A DNA stretch of 63,724 nt, counting the filler, from Octopus bimaculoides (lineage: Eukaryota), in assembly GCF_001194135.2 (NCBI RefSeq). It is 9 parts of 6 records of this genome, joined end to end, with 100 filler letters (N's around TTAATTAATTAA, not from the genome) between each part and the next. Parts side by side here need not be neighbours in the genome. Positions count along the whole stretch, not along the records: positions 1 to 15,498 come from NC_068984.1; positions 15,599 to 28,726 come from NC_068982.1; 7 more parts are not named here. One strand, given 5' to 3'. The first letter of the stretch is position 1; each line of letters starts with the position of its first letter. The notes under the pieces are model-generated. The model was not told the origin of the DNA and did no database searches. It saw only the letters and a list, made by a program, of their open reading frames with translations. This document shows, one piece after another, positions 12,140 through 25,010 of the stretch. The position numbers were made by a program, and so were the translations under genes.

Positions 12140-14440
12140 GAGTTTCTGTCTCATCATCATCATCATCATTTAACATCTGTTTTCCATGCTGGCATGGGTT
12201 AGATGGTTTGACTGGAGCTGGTAAGCCAGAGAGCTGCACCAGGCTTCAGTCTGTTTTGACTTGGTTTCTATGATTGGTTGCTCTTCCTAACACCAACTAC
12301 TCTACAGGGTGTACTGGGTGCCTTTTGCATGTGACTGGCATAGATGCCTTCTATGTGTCACTGGCATAGATGCCTTCTATGTGTCACTGGCCACAACCAT
12401 GATTGCACTTAGCTTGATGTGTCTCCTCAACTACAGCAAATCACCAGAAGCCTCAGTCACTTGTCATTGCCTCCATGAGACTCAACAACCAAAGTTCATA
12501 CCCAATTTTTCTCTCAAGACACTTACGCTCTGTTTTATGTGCACACTGACATTGCATATCCAGCAAAACATAGTAGCTTCATTTCTTTCAAGCTTTTGCA
12601 TATCCTCTGCAATCATAGCCCATGTTGAAACATGACATATAGCATAGCTGTTCACACACAGGCATCATACAATCTGCCTTTTACTCTGAGGGAAAGGTCT
12701 TTTGTTATGAACAAAGGTAGAAGTTCTCTGAACTTTGCCCAGTCCATTCTTATGTTAGTAGCTATGCTCTTAAAGCTTCGTCCTTCACTGCTGACTTGGT
12801 CATCTAGTTAACAGAAGCTATCTACTACTTTTATGTATCCTAACAAGCATTTGAGGAAATCTATTTTCAGTACATTTCTAGTATTCATTGTACCTGCACA
12901 TCTGCCACACACAAAGACTATTTTCTCTGTTAAGCTTCATCGTATTTCTTTATTGCCCACAAGGAGCTAAACATAGAGGGGACAAACAAAGACAAACAAA
13001 GGGATTAAGTCGATTACATTGACCCCCAGTGTGTAACTGGTACTTAATTTATTGACCCCTAAAGGATGAACGGCAAAGTGGACCTCAGCAGAATTTGAAC
13101 TCAGAATGTAAAGACAGACGAAATACCACTAAGTATTTCGCCTGACATGCTAACGTTTCTGCCAGCTTGTCGCTTTCATCTTAAGCTTCATCTTATACTG
13201 CTGCATCTTTTATGTGCCCATAGCTTGCATATAAGGTACACCATATGGAGTTTCTACCTACATTTGTTCTACATATCGAGCAGTGCCATCTCCTTGAAAG
13301 GATTTGTGATTTATCTGTTTTCCTATTTACTAAGTCTTTGGTCTTTGATTCCAGACCTTGATTCTACACCTAAAATTTCTTCTCTAGTTCTGGTTGTAAT
13401 TCAGCTATAAGAACAAAATAATCAGCATAGAGGAGCTCTCAAGGGTAGCCCACTTAAATTCCTTTGTTATGACCTGGAGAGCTCTGATGAACAAGAGAAA
13501 GCTGAGAACCAATCTTTGGTGGACTGTACACTGAATTCATTGCTATATTTGTTGCCAAATTTCACCTTACCGGCAACATCCCTGTACATGGCTTGTACAG
13601 CTCTCACCAACTGCTCATTACCCCTTCCGCATTGACCTCTACATAAGGAAGTGAAGGGACCCTGTCAAAGGCTTTCTCCATGTTAACAAAAGCCAAGTAC
13701 AAAGGTTTATTTCAGCTAACTACTTCTCCTGCAGCTGCCTTCCCAGGAGTATAGCATCAGTGGTGCTTCACTCTAGCACAAAACCAAACTGCATCTCATC
13801 TAGATTTACTCTCTACCTAATTAGTTGACCTTCTTTGTAACTTTCATGACCTGGTCCAGCAATTTGATACCTCTATAATTATTTTTGTCTAAGGCATCAT
13901 CTTTACTTTTGTAGCATTTGTCTATAATGCTACTACACCAGTCATTAGGTATGACTCCCTTGTGGACTACCTAATTAACTATATGAGTAACTAGACCATA
14001 TCCCACTCCACCAGATATTTTAAGCATCTCAGTGGTGATTCTTGATGGACCAGGGGCTTTCCCTGTCTTCATATTCTTAATTGCTTTATCTACTAAGCTA
14101 CTGTCTATTCAGATAGCTGGTCCATCTGTTGGATCCACATTAGGCATATTCTTCTTCTCCCATGTGTTTTCTACATTTAGCAGCCTTTCATAGTGGCACT
14201 TCAAAGCCGCTTTCTTTGCAGAATCACCAACTGCAAGTGAACCATCATCCATGTGAATGCACTTCTCTCCAACAACATGATTTTCCCTGACACATTGTTT
14301 TGCAAACAGCAACACCTCAAGCCACTGGTCCTCATGCTGCAGAACATTGGCAAGCTACTTCCTTTCTGCTTCTCCTCTGGCTTCGCATCTAGCTACTTTA
14401 TATAGTTCTTTGCTACCATCACCCTTCCAGTCCTGTTGAA
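12140..14440 (-). mobile_element. RTE (BovB-like) LINE 3' portion, decayed and interrupted by a SINE
   Basis: KCHYERLLNVENTW (14109-14315), YLAFVNMEKAF region, WAKFRELLPL..SLRVKGRLYDACV (about 12660-12750), then the 3' tail ending in (GAT)n at about 12150. Confidence 0.85.
12944..13176 (-). mobile_element. SINE family A, subfamily with Tx1-like tail and TSD
   Basis: Family A head and body; tail ...tgtcccctctatgtttagctccttgtgggcaataaagaaat; direct repeat ttaagcttcatc at 12930-12941 and 13181-13192. Confidence 0.85.
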
Positions 14441-14564
14441 CATTTATAAACCTAAGGTATATTGAATTTAAAATATGGAAGATATTAACTTAAGACAAGG
14501 ATACTTTAAAACCTTTTATGAGTTGAAATCTTTCTGATGAAAATAATACCTTGTTTGAGTTGTA

Positions 14565-14760
14565 TCATCATCATCATCTTTTAATGCCCATGTTCCATAC
14601 TGGCATAGGTTGGATGATTTGATAGGATTTGATAGTTCTGTGCATTGCATCATGCTTCAATGTCTGCTTTGGCAGGATTTCTACAGCTGAATGCCCTTCC
14701 TAATATCATCCATGTTACAGAGCATACTGGATGTTATTTTTGTGGCACCAGTACCAGTGA
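14565..14760 (-). mobile_element. RTE 3' end copy
   Basis: catcatcatc..ccatactggcataggttggatg...ctacagctgaatgcccttcctaa; other copies at 41575-41748, 42770-43185, 44380-44540, 56390-56757 (plus) and 44985-45075, 46165-46320 (minus). Confidence 0.75.
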
Positions 14761-15347
14761 GCTTGCCATGCAGTTTGCAAGGCTAAGTTCCTTTTTAACT
14801 GAGTGGTGCTACAATGGAGAGAGAGAGAGAGTAGGCTTTATACTAGGTGATGAGAGGTTAAAATATGAAAGATACAAGAACAGAACAGGTTTCTTGTAGA
14901 GGACTATAAAGTTGTTCCTACTATAGAAGAGTTGGTGTAAGTAACTGAGGTTGGGCTGGGAAGAGAGGTAAAATAGTGGTGATGAAGTGTCAGGTTGAGC
15001 TCTGAACTACAAGAAGGTGAATGGGAAGAGTGGGGATGAGTAGAGGTTGCAAGAATGTATGAGGAAGGTGAGGGATGGTTTGAGATGGGGAATGACTGAA
15101 GGAGTGAGTATAATGAACAACAAGGGCTAAAAAGTGGTTGATTATAAATAGATGGAGGTGAAGGTAGAGAAAATTGGGTGATGTTTGTAAAAATTGGGTA
15201 AGGTTGATAGGTGGATGTAGTGAATAGTAGATAAGGGGATAGTTGTTGGGGTGGGGGGGAGGTAAGGGCGAAGAGAAGCATTAAGCTAATGTGTTAAAAG
15301 TCTTATTCTCCTCAAATTACTTAAGAATGATTTTTATATTTTTTCAG

Positions 15348-15440
15348 CAAGATGAAGAAAAAGTGAAAGATGCAGCTGGTTCTAAGGGAAAATTTATGCC
15401 TTTAAATATTCAAAATGGAACAGAGTCAATTATGAAGAAG
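15348..15440 (+). CDS. NEK4: Probable further NEK4 exon
   Basis: Strong pyrimidine acceptor tttttatattttttcag|; 93 nt, phase 0/0 compatible; QDEEKVKDAAGSKGKFMPLNIQNGTESIMKK|gtactc; no recognisable homology, so the assignment rests on splice signals and phase only. Confidence 0.55.
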
Positions 15441-15542
15441 GTACTCCAGGAAAAGTTCTTCAATGTTTTTTTAAAATCTGGTTTGAGAAAAAAAATATNN
15501 NNNNNNNNNNNNNNNNNNNNNNNNNNNNNNNNNNNNNNNNNN

Positions 15543-15554
15543 TTAATTAATTAA
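15543..15554. other. Artificial scaffold spacer N-TTAATTAATTAA-N
   Basis: Identical 12-mer (stop codons in all six frames) centred in about 100-nt N runs, also at about 28771, 41518, 47833, 50655, 56333, 59962 and 62436. Confidence 0.9.
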
Positions 15555-17829
15555 NNNNNNNNNNNNNNNNNNNNNNNNNNNNNNNNNNNNNNNNNNNNAA
15601 TCCAATCCCATCTTCCCTATCCATCCCATGCCACTCCAACCCCATCCCTTACACCCACTCCCACATACCTCAGCCTAACACACACCCCACCCTTGCTTTC
15701 CCCATTTTCGCCTCCCACACATCTCAACACCACCACCACACACACCACCACACCATACATCACCACACACACCACCACACCATACATCACCACACCACAC
15801 AACACCGCATCACATCACACTACCACGCACACACTAGCACTGACCACTTCTCAGCCCCACACAATCATCCACACACCTACACATACACACACCACACGTC
15901 AAGGTCACCAGCCCTCTTCCACACGCACATAATGCTCTCTAATACACACGCACGCGCACTTTCATTTTGGGATCACCACTACTTTATTATCTCCCCTTCT
16001 TCCTAGCTCTCCTGTGTGACCCCTCTGTCCGGCATTCATTTTATGTTTTATCCGTTTCTTTTTTCAGTCATTTGACTGTGGCCATGCCGGGGCACCGCCT
16101 TGAAGACGTTTTAATCAAATGAATCGACCCCAGTACTTTTTCTTTTTTAAGCTTAGTAATTATTCTGTCGGTCCCTTTTGCCGAACCGCTAAGTGTCGGA
16201 GACGTAAACATATCAACACCAGTTATCAAATGGTGGTGGGGTGGGAGACAAATACAGGGGATGGGCANNNNNNNNNNNNNNNNNNNNNNNNNNNNNNNNN
16301 NNNNNNNNNNNNNNNNNNNNNNNNNNNNNNNNNNNNNNNNNNNNNNNNNNNNNNNNNNNNNNNNNNNNNNNNNNNNNNNNNNNNNNNNNNNNNNNNNNNN
16401 NNNNNNNNNNNNNNNNNNNNNNNNNNNNNNNNNNNNNNNNNNNNNNNNNNNNNNNNNNNNNNNNNNNNNNNNNNNNNNNNNNNNNNNNNNNNNNNNNNNN
16501 NNNNNNNNNNNNNNNNNNNNNNNNNNNNNNNNNNNNNNNNNNNNNNNNNNNNNNNNNNNNNNNNNNNNNNNNNNNNNNNNNNNNNNNNNNNNNNNNNNNN
16601 NNNNNNNNNNNNNNNNNNNNNNNNNNNNNNNNNNNNNNNNNNNNNNNNNNNNNNNNNNNNNNNNNNNNNNNNNNNNNNNNNNNNNNNNNNNNNNNNNNNN
16701 NNNNNNNNNNNNNNNNNNNNNNNNNNNNNNNNNNNNNNNNNNNNNNNCCCCCCCCAAAAAAAACCCACCACTACCACAACCACCACCACCACCACCAAAA
16801 CCATCACCACCACCACCACCACCACCACCGCCGTCGTCGCCGCCACCAGCACCATTATCATTATCATTATCGTTATCATTATTATCATCTGCTGTCGCTG
16901 TTGTGGAGAGGTCGAAAAACAGTTATAACTTGAATGTTTGTTATAAACTGTTTACTATTTTCTGAGAGTCTCTTGAGTAAATTGCCTTTAAAACACATAT
17001 CTAGTTTCTCTTCAATTGCTGCTGGTTTACTTCTTTTCTAGAAACAAGCTGTTTATATTGTCCCAAATAACAATCTCTCTCACGAACCGCCACCATCTTT
17101 TTTTAGATCTTTATTTTATTTTATTTTATTTTATTATTTCAGTTTCTATTGTAATTATGACCTTCTAAGATCAACAACTTCGTTACAAACTTCCCTCAAG
17201 AAAGAAGTTAGAAAAGAGGAGAAAAGTTCTCGAAATGCCGTTTCTTTTGTCTTTTATTTTTCTTTCCACCTACGTGCTGCAATTTCTCCATTCAGCGATA
17301 ATTTCTGCTCTAGGGGTACGCATGGCTTTGTAGTTGAGAAGTTCGCTTCTTAACCACGTGCTTTCGCGTTCAGTTTTACTGCGCGGCATCTTAGACAAGT
17401 GTCGTGGTCCCGGCCGACTAATCTCTTCTGAGTAAATTTGGTAGACGAAAACTGTATGGAAGCCTCGACATGTGTGTATTTGTGTGTGTATGATTGACCA
17501 TTTTATATGTGTATACGTGTCTTCGTGTTTGTTAACACCGGTCTGACATCATGGAGCAACAAAGATAAGTACCAAAACTTAAAATATTCCATAAATAAAT
17601 TTCAATTATAATAGAAAACACACTTTTAATTCCACTGCAGATGCCAGAATGTGCAGTGAATGCACACAATATTGGAGACGATATGACTGAAATCTTGAAG
17701 GTGGTGCCCCAGCATGGCAACAACCAAAAGATTGAAGTAAGTAAAATAAATGAACAAAGAATAACCTAAAATGACATGTTCACAATTAGTCTTAATCATC
17801 TGTTACTTCTTCAAATCTAACCTTCTTCA

Positions 17830-18860
17830 AAATCTTGAAGAGTTCTCGGCACCGACTGATTAACGAGGTGGGACCAGATTGTGAGCTTTTCTATAATAGA
17901 TCTACGCAGTTCATGAACTTGTCAAACTCTTCCTGTATTTCTTCAAAGCCATATTGTCTATCCTAATTGGTCCTTTGTTCCCCTGCTCTTTTCCGATAAC
18001 CTTTCTGCTCATCAGGCATTAGGTGTTGGTATACTTCTTCGGTAGTTATCCCTGTTAGGTATTTCCACATAATTGGTAGAACCTTAATTGTGACAGTATT
18101 TCCTTATACTGTAGATTTCAGTAATAGGTGGGATATTCTCTTCGTTAACCATTATAGTATTGCCCCTTTCCATATATACTCGTTTTGTTGAATCACTTTG
18201 TTTTCATACCATGGAGACTGTTAAAACCTTTCAGTCAGGATGCACAGTTCAGGTTTGGTACTGCTACTTTCCACTTTCGATCTCTTTTTAATTGCTTTCA
18301 AATATTTGCTTTCATCATGGTAACACATCAATATCTAAACATTTCCAGTATATTTTACTTCTTGTTATGTTATTGCGTCTGGCATAAATTTCCCAAGTTT
18401 CTCCCCAAAATAGCTTGTCTTCTTCATTTGGCCTTATGTTATAATTTCTCTCTCTCTCTCTAAAAAAAAAAAAAAAATCAAATATGAGTTCCTGGTTTCA
18501 TTGAAAAGGCGCTTTTGCTTATACTGATTATTTCTTTTTCGTATTTTCTGATTTTCGCAGCTCTTGCCTTTACCCTGCGTTTTACTTCATCAATTGTTGA
18601 CCCAATTTTTGTTTCCTTTGCACGATGCAATTCCTCTAATCTAGATATATTTTTTTCTTTAATTTACCCTACTTCCACTGGTCCAGTTTACTTAAACCTT
18701 TCCTAAAGCTACCAATCTTCGTTAATATTCACTTTTTCCCAAAAGGTACCTGCTGGTTCTTCTTTTCTCCCCAACAATTCTAAAACTACGTTAACATCCG
18801 CTAATATCAATACACTGACATCTTCAATGTTTTCACATGTAATTTCATCAATCACATTGT
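17830..18860 (-). mobile_element. Decayed R4/Dong non-LTR element (pre-RT and N-terminal RT region)
   Basis: Minus translation STIDEVKRRVKARAAKIRKYEK..NQYKQKRLF, LPIMWKYLTGITTEEVYQHL, PDEQKGYRK..GTKDQL; many stops and frameshifts. Confidence 0.75.
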
Positions 18861-20154
18861 TTATTCTTTAATCTTGTTTCACTCCATTACCTCAAATTTA
18901 CTGACTCTGAGGCCTCCGTATTGTGTAGGCTGTGTTATTTTACTGGGTTGTTATAAGGGTATGTGCTGCATGAGAGATTAATGGTATAGAGAATGTGTTG
19001 AGTGTAGTGGGGGTACTGTTTGAGTGGTGTTTTTGAATCGACAGTGACTTGTGTAGGATGTTGGCTGCACCTAACAATGTTTTGTTTTTTTTACTTTAGA
19101 ATTCCAAATTTTATTGCGTGCATTCACTGCATATTCTGGCATCTGCAGTGAAATTAAAAGTGTGTTTTCTATTATAATTGAAATTTATTTATGGAATCCA
19201 TAGTCATGCTTGGTGGTGATGATATTTTCTGAAAGTTGTGTATATGTAGAATTCTCAGAGATCTTAACCCTTCCCAAGGCATATATCATTACGTAAACTG
19301 TGCCATCATATCAGTTAGTCGAGTCAGCGAACTAGTTTTAATCTCCTATTTCGCATGATTTACGTAGTTAATACTACTGGAGAAGATTGCAAAATATGTC
19401 ACAAAACTCCTTATTCAGTTTCTAAAATATATCATTTTATTTATTTAATTTATGATTGACACAATAGTTCAATTCTCTTATTTTTATCGCTTTAAGTCGA
19501 TATAGTGTATAGACTAACCTCAGTCACCGTAACCAATTATTGAATGTTTATATACAAACCTATATAAAAAGTTATGAATGAACTATAAATCATATACAAT
19601 ATTATATCTCCGGTTATTGATGGAATATTAATGAAACATTAACCTATGTCACTAGTTATTCGCTTACTTTTAAACACTTTTCTTGGGCCTATAAACTCAG
19701 GAGATTGGTTACCCGGTTTCCATGGGATATAAGTGACGAGACCACAGTATTCTCACTGAAAGGGGCACCGGTCTGTTGCAGGGTTCAAAACCTGCAATTT
19801 TGAAGGGAGGGAGCAAGTCGATTACATCGATCCCCGTGCTTGAGTGAAACTTTATTTTATCGACACCAAAAATGAATGAAAGACAAAGGTTGACTACAGT
19901 AGGATTTGCACTCAGAGCCGAAAGACTTATCGGTATATAGTTTTCCCGACGTGCTAACGATTCTGCTAGCTTGCCATCTAACCACAGTTCTTGATGGAGT
20001 ATAAATAATACTAGAGTGTTACTTGTCATATGATGGCTGTTGTTTCTAGCACATCCAAAAACTTCCCGCCTTGTTTCTTTCTCACACATATCTATTAATG
20101 CAGTTCTATATTTAAGAGATGAGGAATTATGTACATTATTTACATTATTTACAA

Positions 20155-20265
20155 TTGACGGATATTTGTCCTCATCTTGTTTGTTGTTAACACAACGTTT
20201 CTGGAGGGTATATCAGCCGAAACGTTGTGTTAACAACAAACAAGATGAGGACAAATATCCGTCAA
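20155..20265. repeat. 47-bp perfect inverted repeat with a 17-nt loop; Penelope-type fold-back
   Basis: ttgacggatatttgtcctcatcttgtttgttgttaacacaacgtttc (20155-20201) and its exact reverse complement (20219-20265); loop tggagggtatatcagcc. Confidence 0.9.
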
Positions 20266-22660
20266 ATGTAAAATATGTAAATAATGTATATCTATTGATA
20301 TTTTTCAATATTTTTCTCCCTATAAATGAATTTTATGGAATGATGATGTCAAAATAACACACGTGTAGTCCCAACTGAGCGAGGCCGTGTTATGTGTGTC
20401 TGTAAGAAAAAAAAATACCTAAACACATCTTAAGTGTTCATATTAATCTGTCAAATGTAATGCTTATTTGTTCACGTTATTTTGAATTATTCAGGTTTAA
20501 GAGGGGTGTTCACAATATTTGCTTGTAACTTTGTAAATTTTTACATACAGATTTAAAGTTTTGTCAGTGGGTGCTTTATATACCACTGGTTTATAGTTAT
20601 GTAATTTTAGCTGATCTTGCTGAGTAGATTTGACTTTTATGGGCAGGTGAATTTAATTAACAGGTGTAAAAGCAATTACATTATGGACAAACACTAAAAT
20701 TGAAATGCTTAATGCATCTTACCTGTTTTATTTGTTACTAAAATTATCCCAAATGGCAACCGACAAAAATTTTGCCACTTTTCAAGATGAGGTACATTAA
20801 TTTGAATTAATTAAAATGCAGGTATAATCGGCACAAGATTTTATTCTTTCGGTAAATATTTCGTACCTCGGTGTGGAANNNNNNNNNNNNNNNNNNNNNN
20901 NNNNNNNNNNNNNNNNNNNNNNNNNNNNNNNNNNNNNGCAAGCCACTTTTTTTTTCGGAAAAGAAAGGTGGGAGGCGTGGTAGGGACCTCGAATTTGCCC
21001 ACTAAAGGAGTTTTCTTTCGTGGGTCTTTTTTTTAAATTCTTTTCTAGGTTGTTTTGCATGCTTTCAACGAATGTGACATCGAAATCACGCGTAAACGGC
21101 TTCTTTTTCCAGAAAAAGAACGGTTTGGCTGCTATTTTTAGCTTTCCCTGCTACTACGTAACAGCTATTTGCGTTCATACCGAAATAGTTACCAACTTTT
21201 TTCCTTCCATTTATTCTTTCCACTTTATGGAAGTCGATATTTTCTCTATTAACATCCACCCCAGCAAGGTCATGGATCAAGTGGAAACACATCAATCACT
21301 GTTACCTCTTGACAGGACAAAGAAATTTCCCGCTGTCTTTGCAAGCAACAGCCGGGTGGATTTGGTTTCAAATCCAGGCAGGGCCAAACGAGGTCCTACA
21401 AGTTATTTATAAAGTGGCGTAATATCAGGGTTGAAGGAATGACGCGCACAATATTATACATGCTAAGACAATCTGAAAACAATGAAAACTTTTAAACGTT
21501 TACCGGTTTTTATGAAATTTTAGGGTTAACGGACTTGATTAGTCCAATAATAATTTTCAACGTTAACTTAAAAGTTAAATCGTTTACGAAAATGTTAACG
21601 GATTAACAGACTTACGACCAACTCTGGGTTTTAACATATTAACGTTACATCTTAAATATTCGACACTCTGCTGTCTGTATGTCTTCATTGGTTCTGTAGT
21701 AGTTATTATCCATAAAATATATTATAAATATTATAAATTTTAGAATCCTGCCTCACTATAGACAATAAACTGGTCATTAAAACGCAATTTACTTGCAAAC
21801 ACTGATATCCACAAACACTGACTATAGGGCAGAGCAATCTCACAGTTATCCCCCTTTTAGATTCCACATAAACGGCTACGGAATTTTATTAGCCCTGTCG
21901 ACGCAACAAGAATAAGCAGCGGCACTCAACACTAAGGGTAGTCTGGTTCTCTAAGGTGAAACAGTTGTAAGCTAATGAATATAATTATGTAATTCTTGTT
22001 CCGATTTCATTATAGATATATGTAATTTATACAGTATTCATAAAATAAGATCACTCTGTTTCTGTACTTACCATTGCTGACATCTTAACAAGCAACTAGT
22101 TATTTATGCTCTTTGCCCCTTGCCTCCCATCACCGCTTCCATCGAACATCCCATACCACCTCCTTACTTTTCGGTACCTAAGAGGAAAGCAACGTTGTCT
22201 TGGAGAATTTCTTGTTTACGATCCATGTCTCTAAACGTGTTGCATATGTGTTTCAGTATGTGTTCTTTTTTATACTTTGTTTTGAAATTACTATGAGCTT
22301 AAAAGTATGTATGGCACAGTTATAAGATACTGTACGTTACATACACGTGCCTAAGCGACAGATACGACTGTCTGAATGTGTGTGTGAACTTGGAACACGT
22401 GTATAGACTTGATGCATATTGTACATAAATATTCGTAAGAATGTATGTATGTACATATTTATGGATTGTAAATTTGTATATCAACATATGGTCTTGTACA
22501 CAAATACTGATATCCAGACATTTAGAACCGGGTGAGAAAATGTATATACTATGTAAGAGTACATATGTTTGTATATGAAAATTAGTAAGTACTTATGTAC
22601 TTGGATATGAATGTGTGGTTGCATGTACTCTTGCATGTATGTCTGAATATAGGTAGTTCA

Positions 22661-22706
<46 letters not shown>

Positions 22707-23759
22707 GCATATGCACGCGCGCGCGCACACACACATACAACACAGCCTATTGTTTAAAGGGGAGATCATAATTTACATAACTGTTAGTACCAAACCTATA
22801 ACTGATTTCAAGTTCTGGCACAAGGCCAGCAATTTCAGGGGAAGGCGTAAGTCGATTACAACGACCCCAGTGCTCAACTGGTACTTATTTTATCGACCGC
22901 GAAAAGATGAAAGGCAAAGTCGACCTCAGCGTCAACTCGCCACCTTAATGCCAAACTTATAATTAAAATCTTTCTAGCCGTGACTAAAATCATTCTAGCC
23001 GTGTCCACTGTGACTGCATTATGTAAATATCCATACCTTTTTTTAATGACAGTAGGGTCTATTCTAAGGGCGATTGTTTTTATTTTTCATTTTTTCTAGC
23101 AGGTCCAGTGAGTACGTAGAGTTTGTCTTGTTGCCCTTGAAGTCAATTTTTAATATGTTTTGGTTCATGTTAACGTTGTGATTGTTGTTGTTGTTGTTGT
23201 CGTTGTTGTTACTGCTATTGTGTCTATGTATGGACAAATGCCGTGTGTACAAGTGAAGGTGTCGATATATTTGAATATACGTTTGTCTCTGACGTTCTAA
23301 GGATTGGGCCAGGTAGTTGGTACAGTATCTCGTGGCAAGAAACAGTGTGTCTAACGTGAGAAAATGTCAGGTTGATGGGTTAGAGTTTGGTGGAGAGTGC
23401 ACATGACTTGGTGCCAAGAAGCAGAGGAGATTATTGTAGTAATGGAATACGGGTGTAAGGAGATAGCACGTATGTGGAACCAGATGCTGAGTATGTTAAC
23501 CATTAAAGTCTTTATCAATAAACCAGGCACCTTTTTTTAAAATTCATTTGCAGTTTACAAACAGTAACAGAAGTACCGTCACAAACGTGAGAGTAAGACT
23601 CCATTGTGAGCCTCCTTTGTGCTGTATAGAAAGTCGGTTACAATTTGCCTCGAGTCTATAAACTAACGAAACCGGAACGTATTCAAACTTACAACGCTAA
23701 AAGTATAAGACTACCTCCTCTTTCTACTGAACAGGAGATCAATCTACCATTGGCTTAAT

Positions 23760-23912
23760 CCCCATATGCCACTGGTATTCATTTTAAGCTGAATGTATTG
23801 GAACAATGTGAAATGAAGTGACTTGCTCAAGGACACAGAACGCCGCCCGGAGCAAGATTTGAACCTACGACTTCATGGTCGTGAACCTATCATTCTAATC
23901 ACTAGGCCATAC
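23760..23912 (-). mobile_element. tRNA-derived SINE (V/CORE-like domain), 5' part
   Basis: Minus strand tggcctagtgattagaatg...gtaggttcaaatc...tgtgtccttgagcaagtcacttcatttcacattg. Confidence 0.65.
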
Positions 23913-24447
23913 GAATTGGCAACTGTGCACTGTCGAAATGTTTCCTGTCCTAAAGAGAATGGGTAGTTGTTAAGATGCTGTTTTTGGCACGATATGATTA
24001 TAGGAACAGCAAGTGAGATTATTGTCGATTAATAGACCGGGTATTTGTAGCGATGTCGGAAGTTCTTCGTACATTCTGGTTAATCCTAGGGAAAGCCAGG
24101 TTTAGTGTTATTTCCATATTATCTAAAGGGACAGTGTCTTTGTGTTACTGAAGAAGACAAGATGACTCCGACCTCATAGAAGAATATCTGTGAAGTTTCT
24201 GCTCACGGAATTGTATTGCAGGACTACCAACGATCACTGTTGACCATGCCGCTGCAGATATATGTGAAAGCCTGGGCAAAATCTTTTCAGAAAGCCTGAA
24301 GTTGTCCATGCATATAAGTCTCTCTCATCAACAACAGATGTTTATCCAAAGGGAAGGGCACCAACTTGGACCACTAAGGCACCTAACCCGACTCACACTT
24401 CCGCCAATAGGCCATCTTGATTGTACTTCTTGATCGACTCCTTAGAG

Positions 24448-24653
24448 CAGGGTTTCCCAACCAGGGGTGCTCGCACACTTTGGGGGTGCAAGATAGCATT
24501 CTAGGGGATGTAAGAAGGGTAGGATTTATAAGGGGTCTTAGAGGGAAATTGCCCAGGGCACCTTTATACTTATAAAAATTATTACTTTAAAGAGTGCGAG
24601 AACATATTAAAATTTTTAGGGGTGTGGGGCATAAAAAAGATTGGGAACCACTG
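24448..24653. mobile_element. hAT/Charlie MITE with perfect 8-bp TSD
   Basis: Termini CAGGGTTTCCCAA / TTGGGAACCACTG; TSD ccttagag at 24440-24447 and 24654-24661. Confidence 0.9.
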
Positions 24654-24795
24654 CCTTAGAGGAAGAAAAGCAAAATTGATCTCGACATGATCTGAACTCA
24701 GAGAATAAAGATCCAAAATAAATACCACGAGATGTTTCATCCAACACACTAAGGTCACTGTTTTACCCTCAGAAGCTGGACTTGTCTAACGTGGG

Positions 24796-25010
24796 TTATC
24801 TATATGCATAGAGACGAGACATTTGTGTAGAAAGTTCTAAAAGAGTATAAGACGGATAATCTGCAGTTGGGTGAGCATTATCAGAGATGATAGCAAGAAG
24901 TTCCTTCTGTGATTGAGGGAGATTGATGTGAACATATATGAACAACGGTGGCATAAATTGTACGGAGTTGCGAGTTATGAACCAAATAGAGAGTTCCATC
25001 AGTGCCTACA
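24796..25010 (-). mobile_element. Possible very old CR1/L2-type RT fragment
   Basis: RNSVQFMPPLFIYVHINLP...AIISDNA loosely resembles QGSVLGPLLFLIYINDLP...FADD. Confidence 0.35.

Noticed and set aside
18005-18020. Minus-strand CTGATGA-gca-GAAA hammerhead-like word
   Set aside because: No stem II; it is simply the PDEQK codons of the Dong RT
20940-21412. ORFs 21020-21412 (+) and 21086-21295 (-)
   Set aside because: No recognisable motif or splice context; length compatible with chance
21426-21626. Possible MITE cagggttg...caactctg with gttaac repeats
   Set aside because: Termini too short and no TSD found
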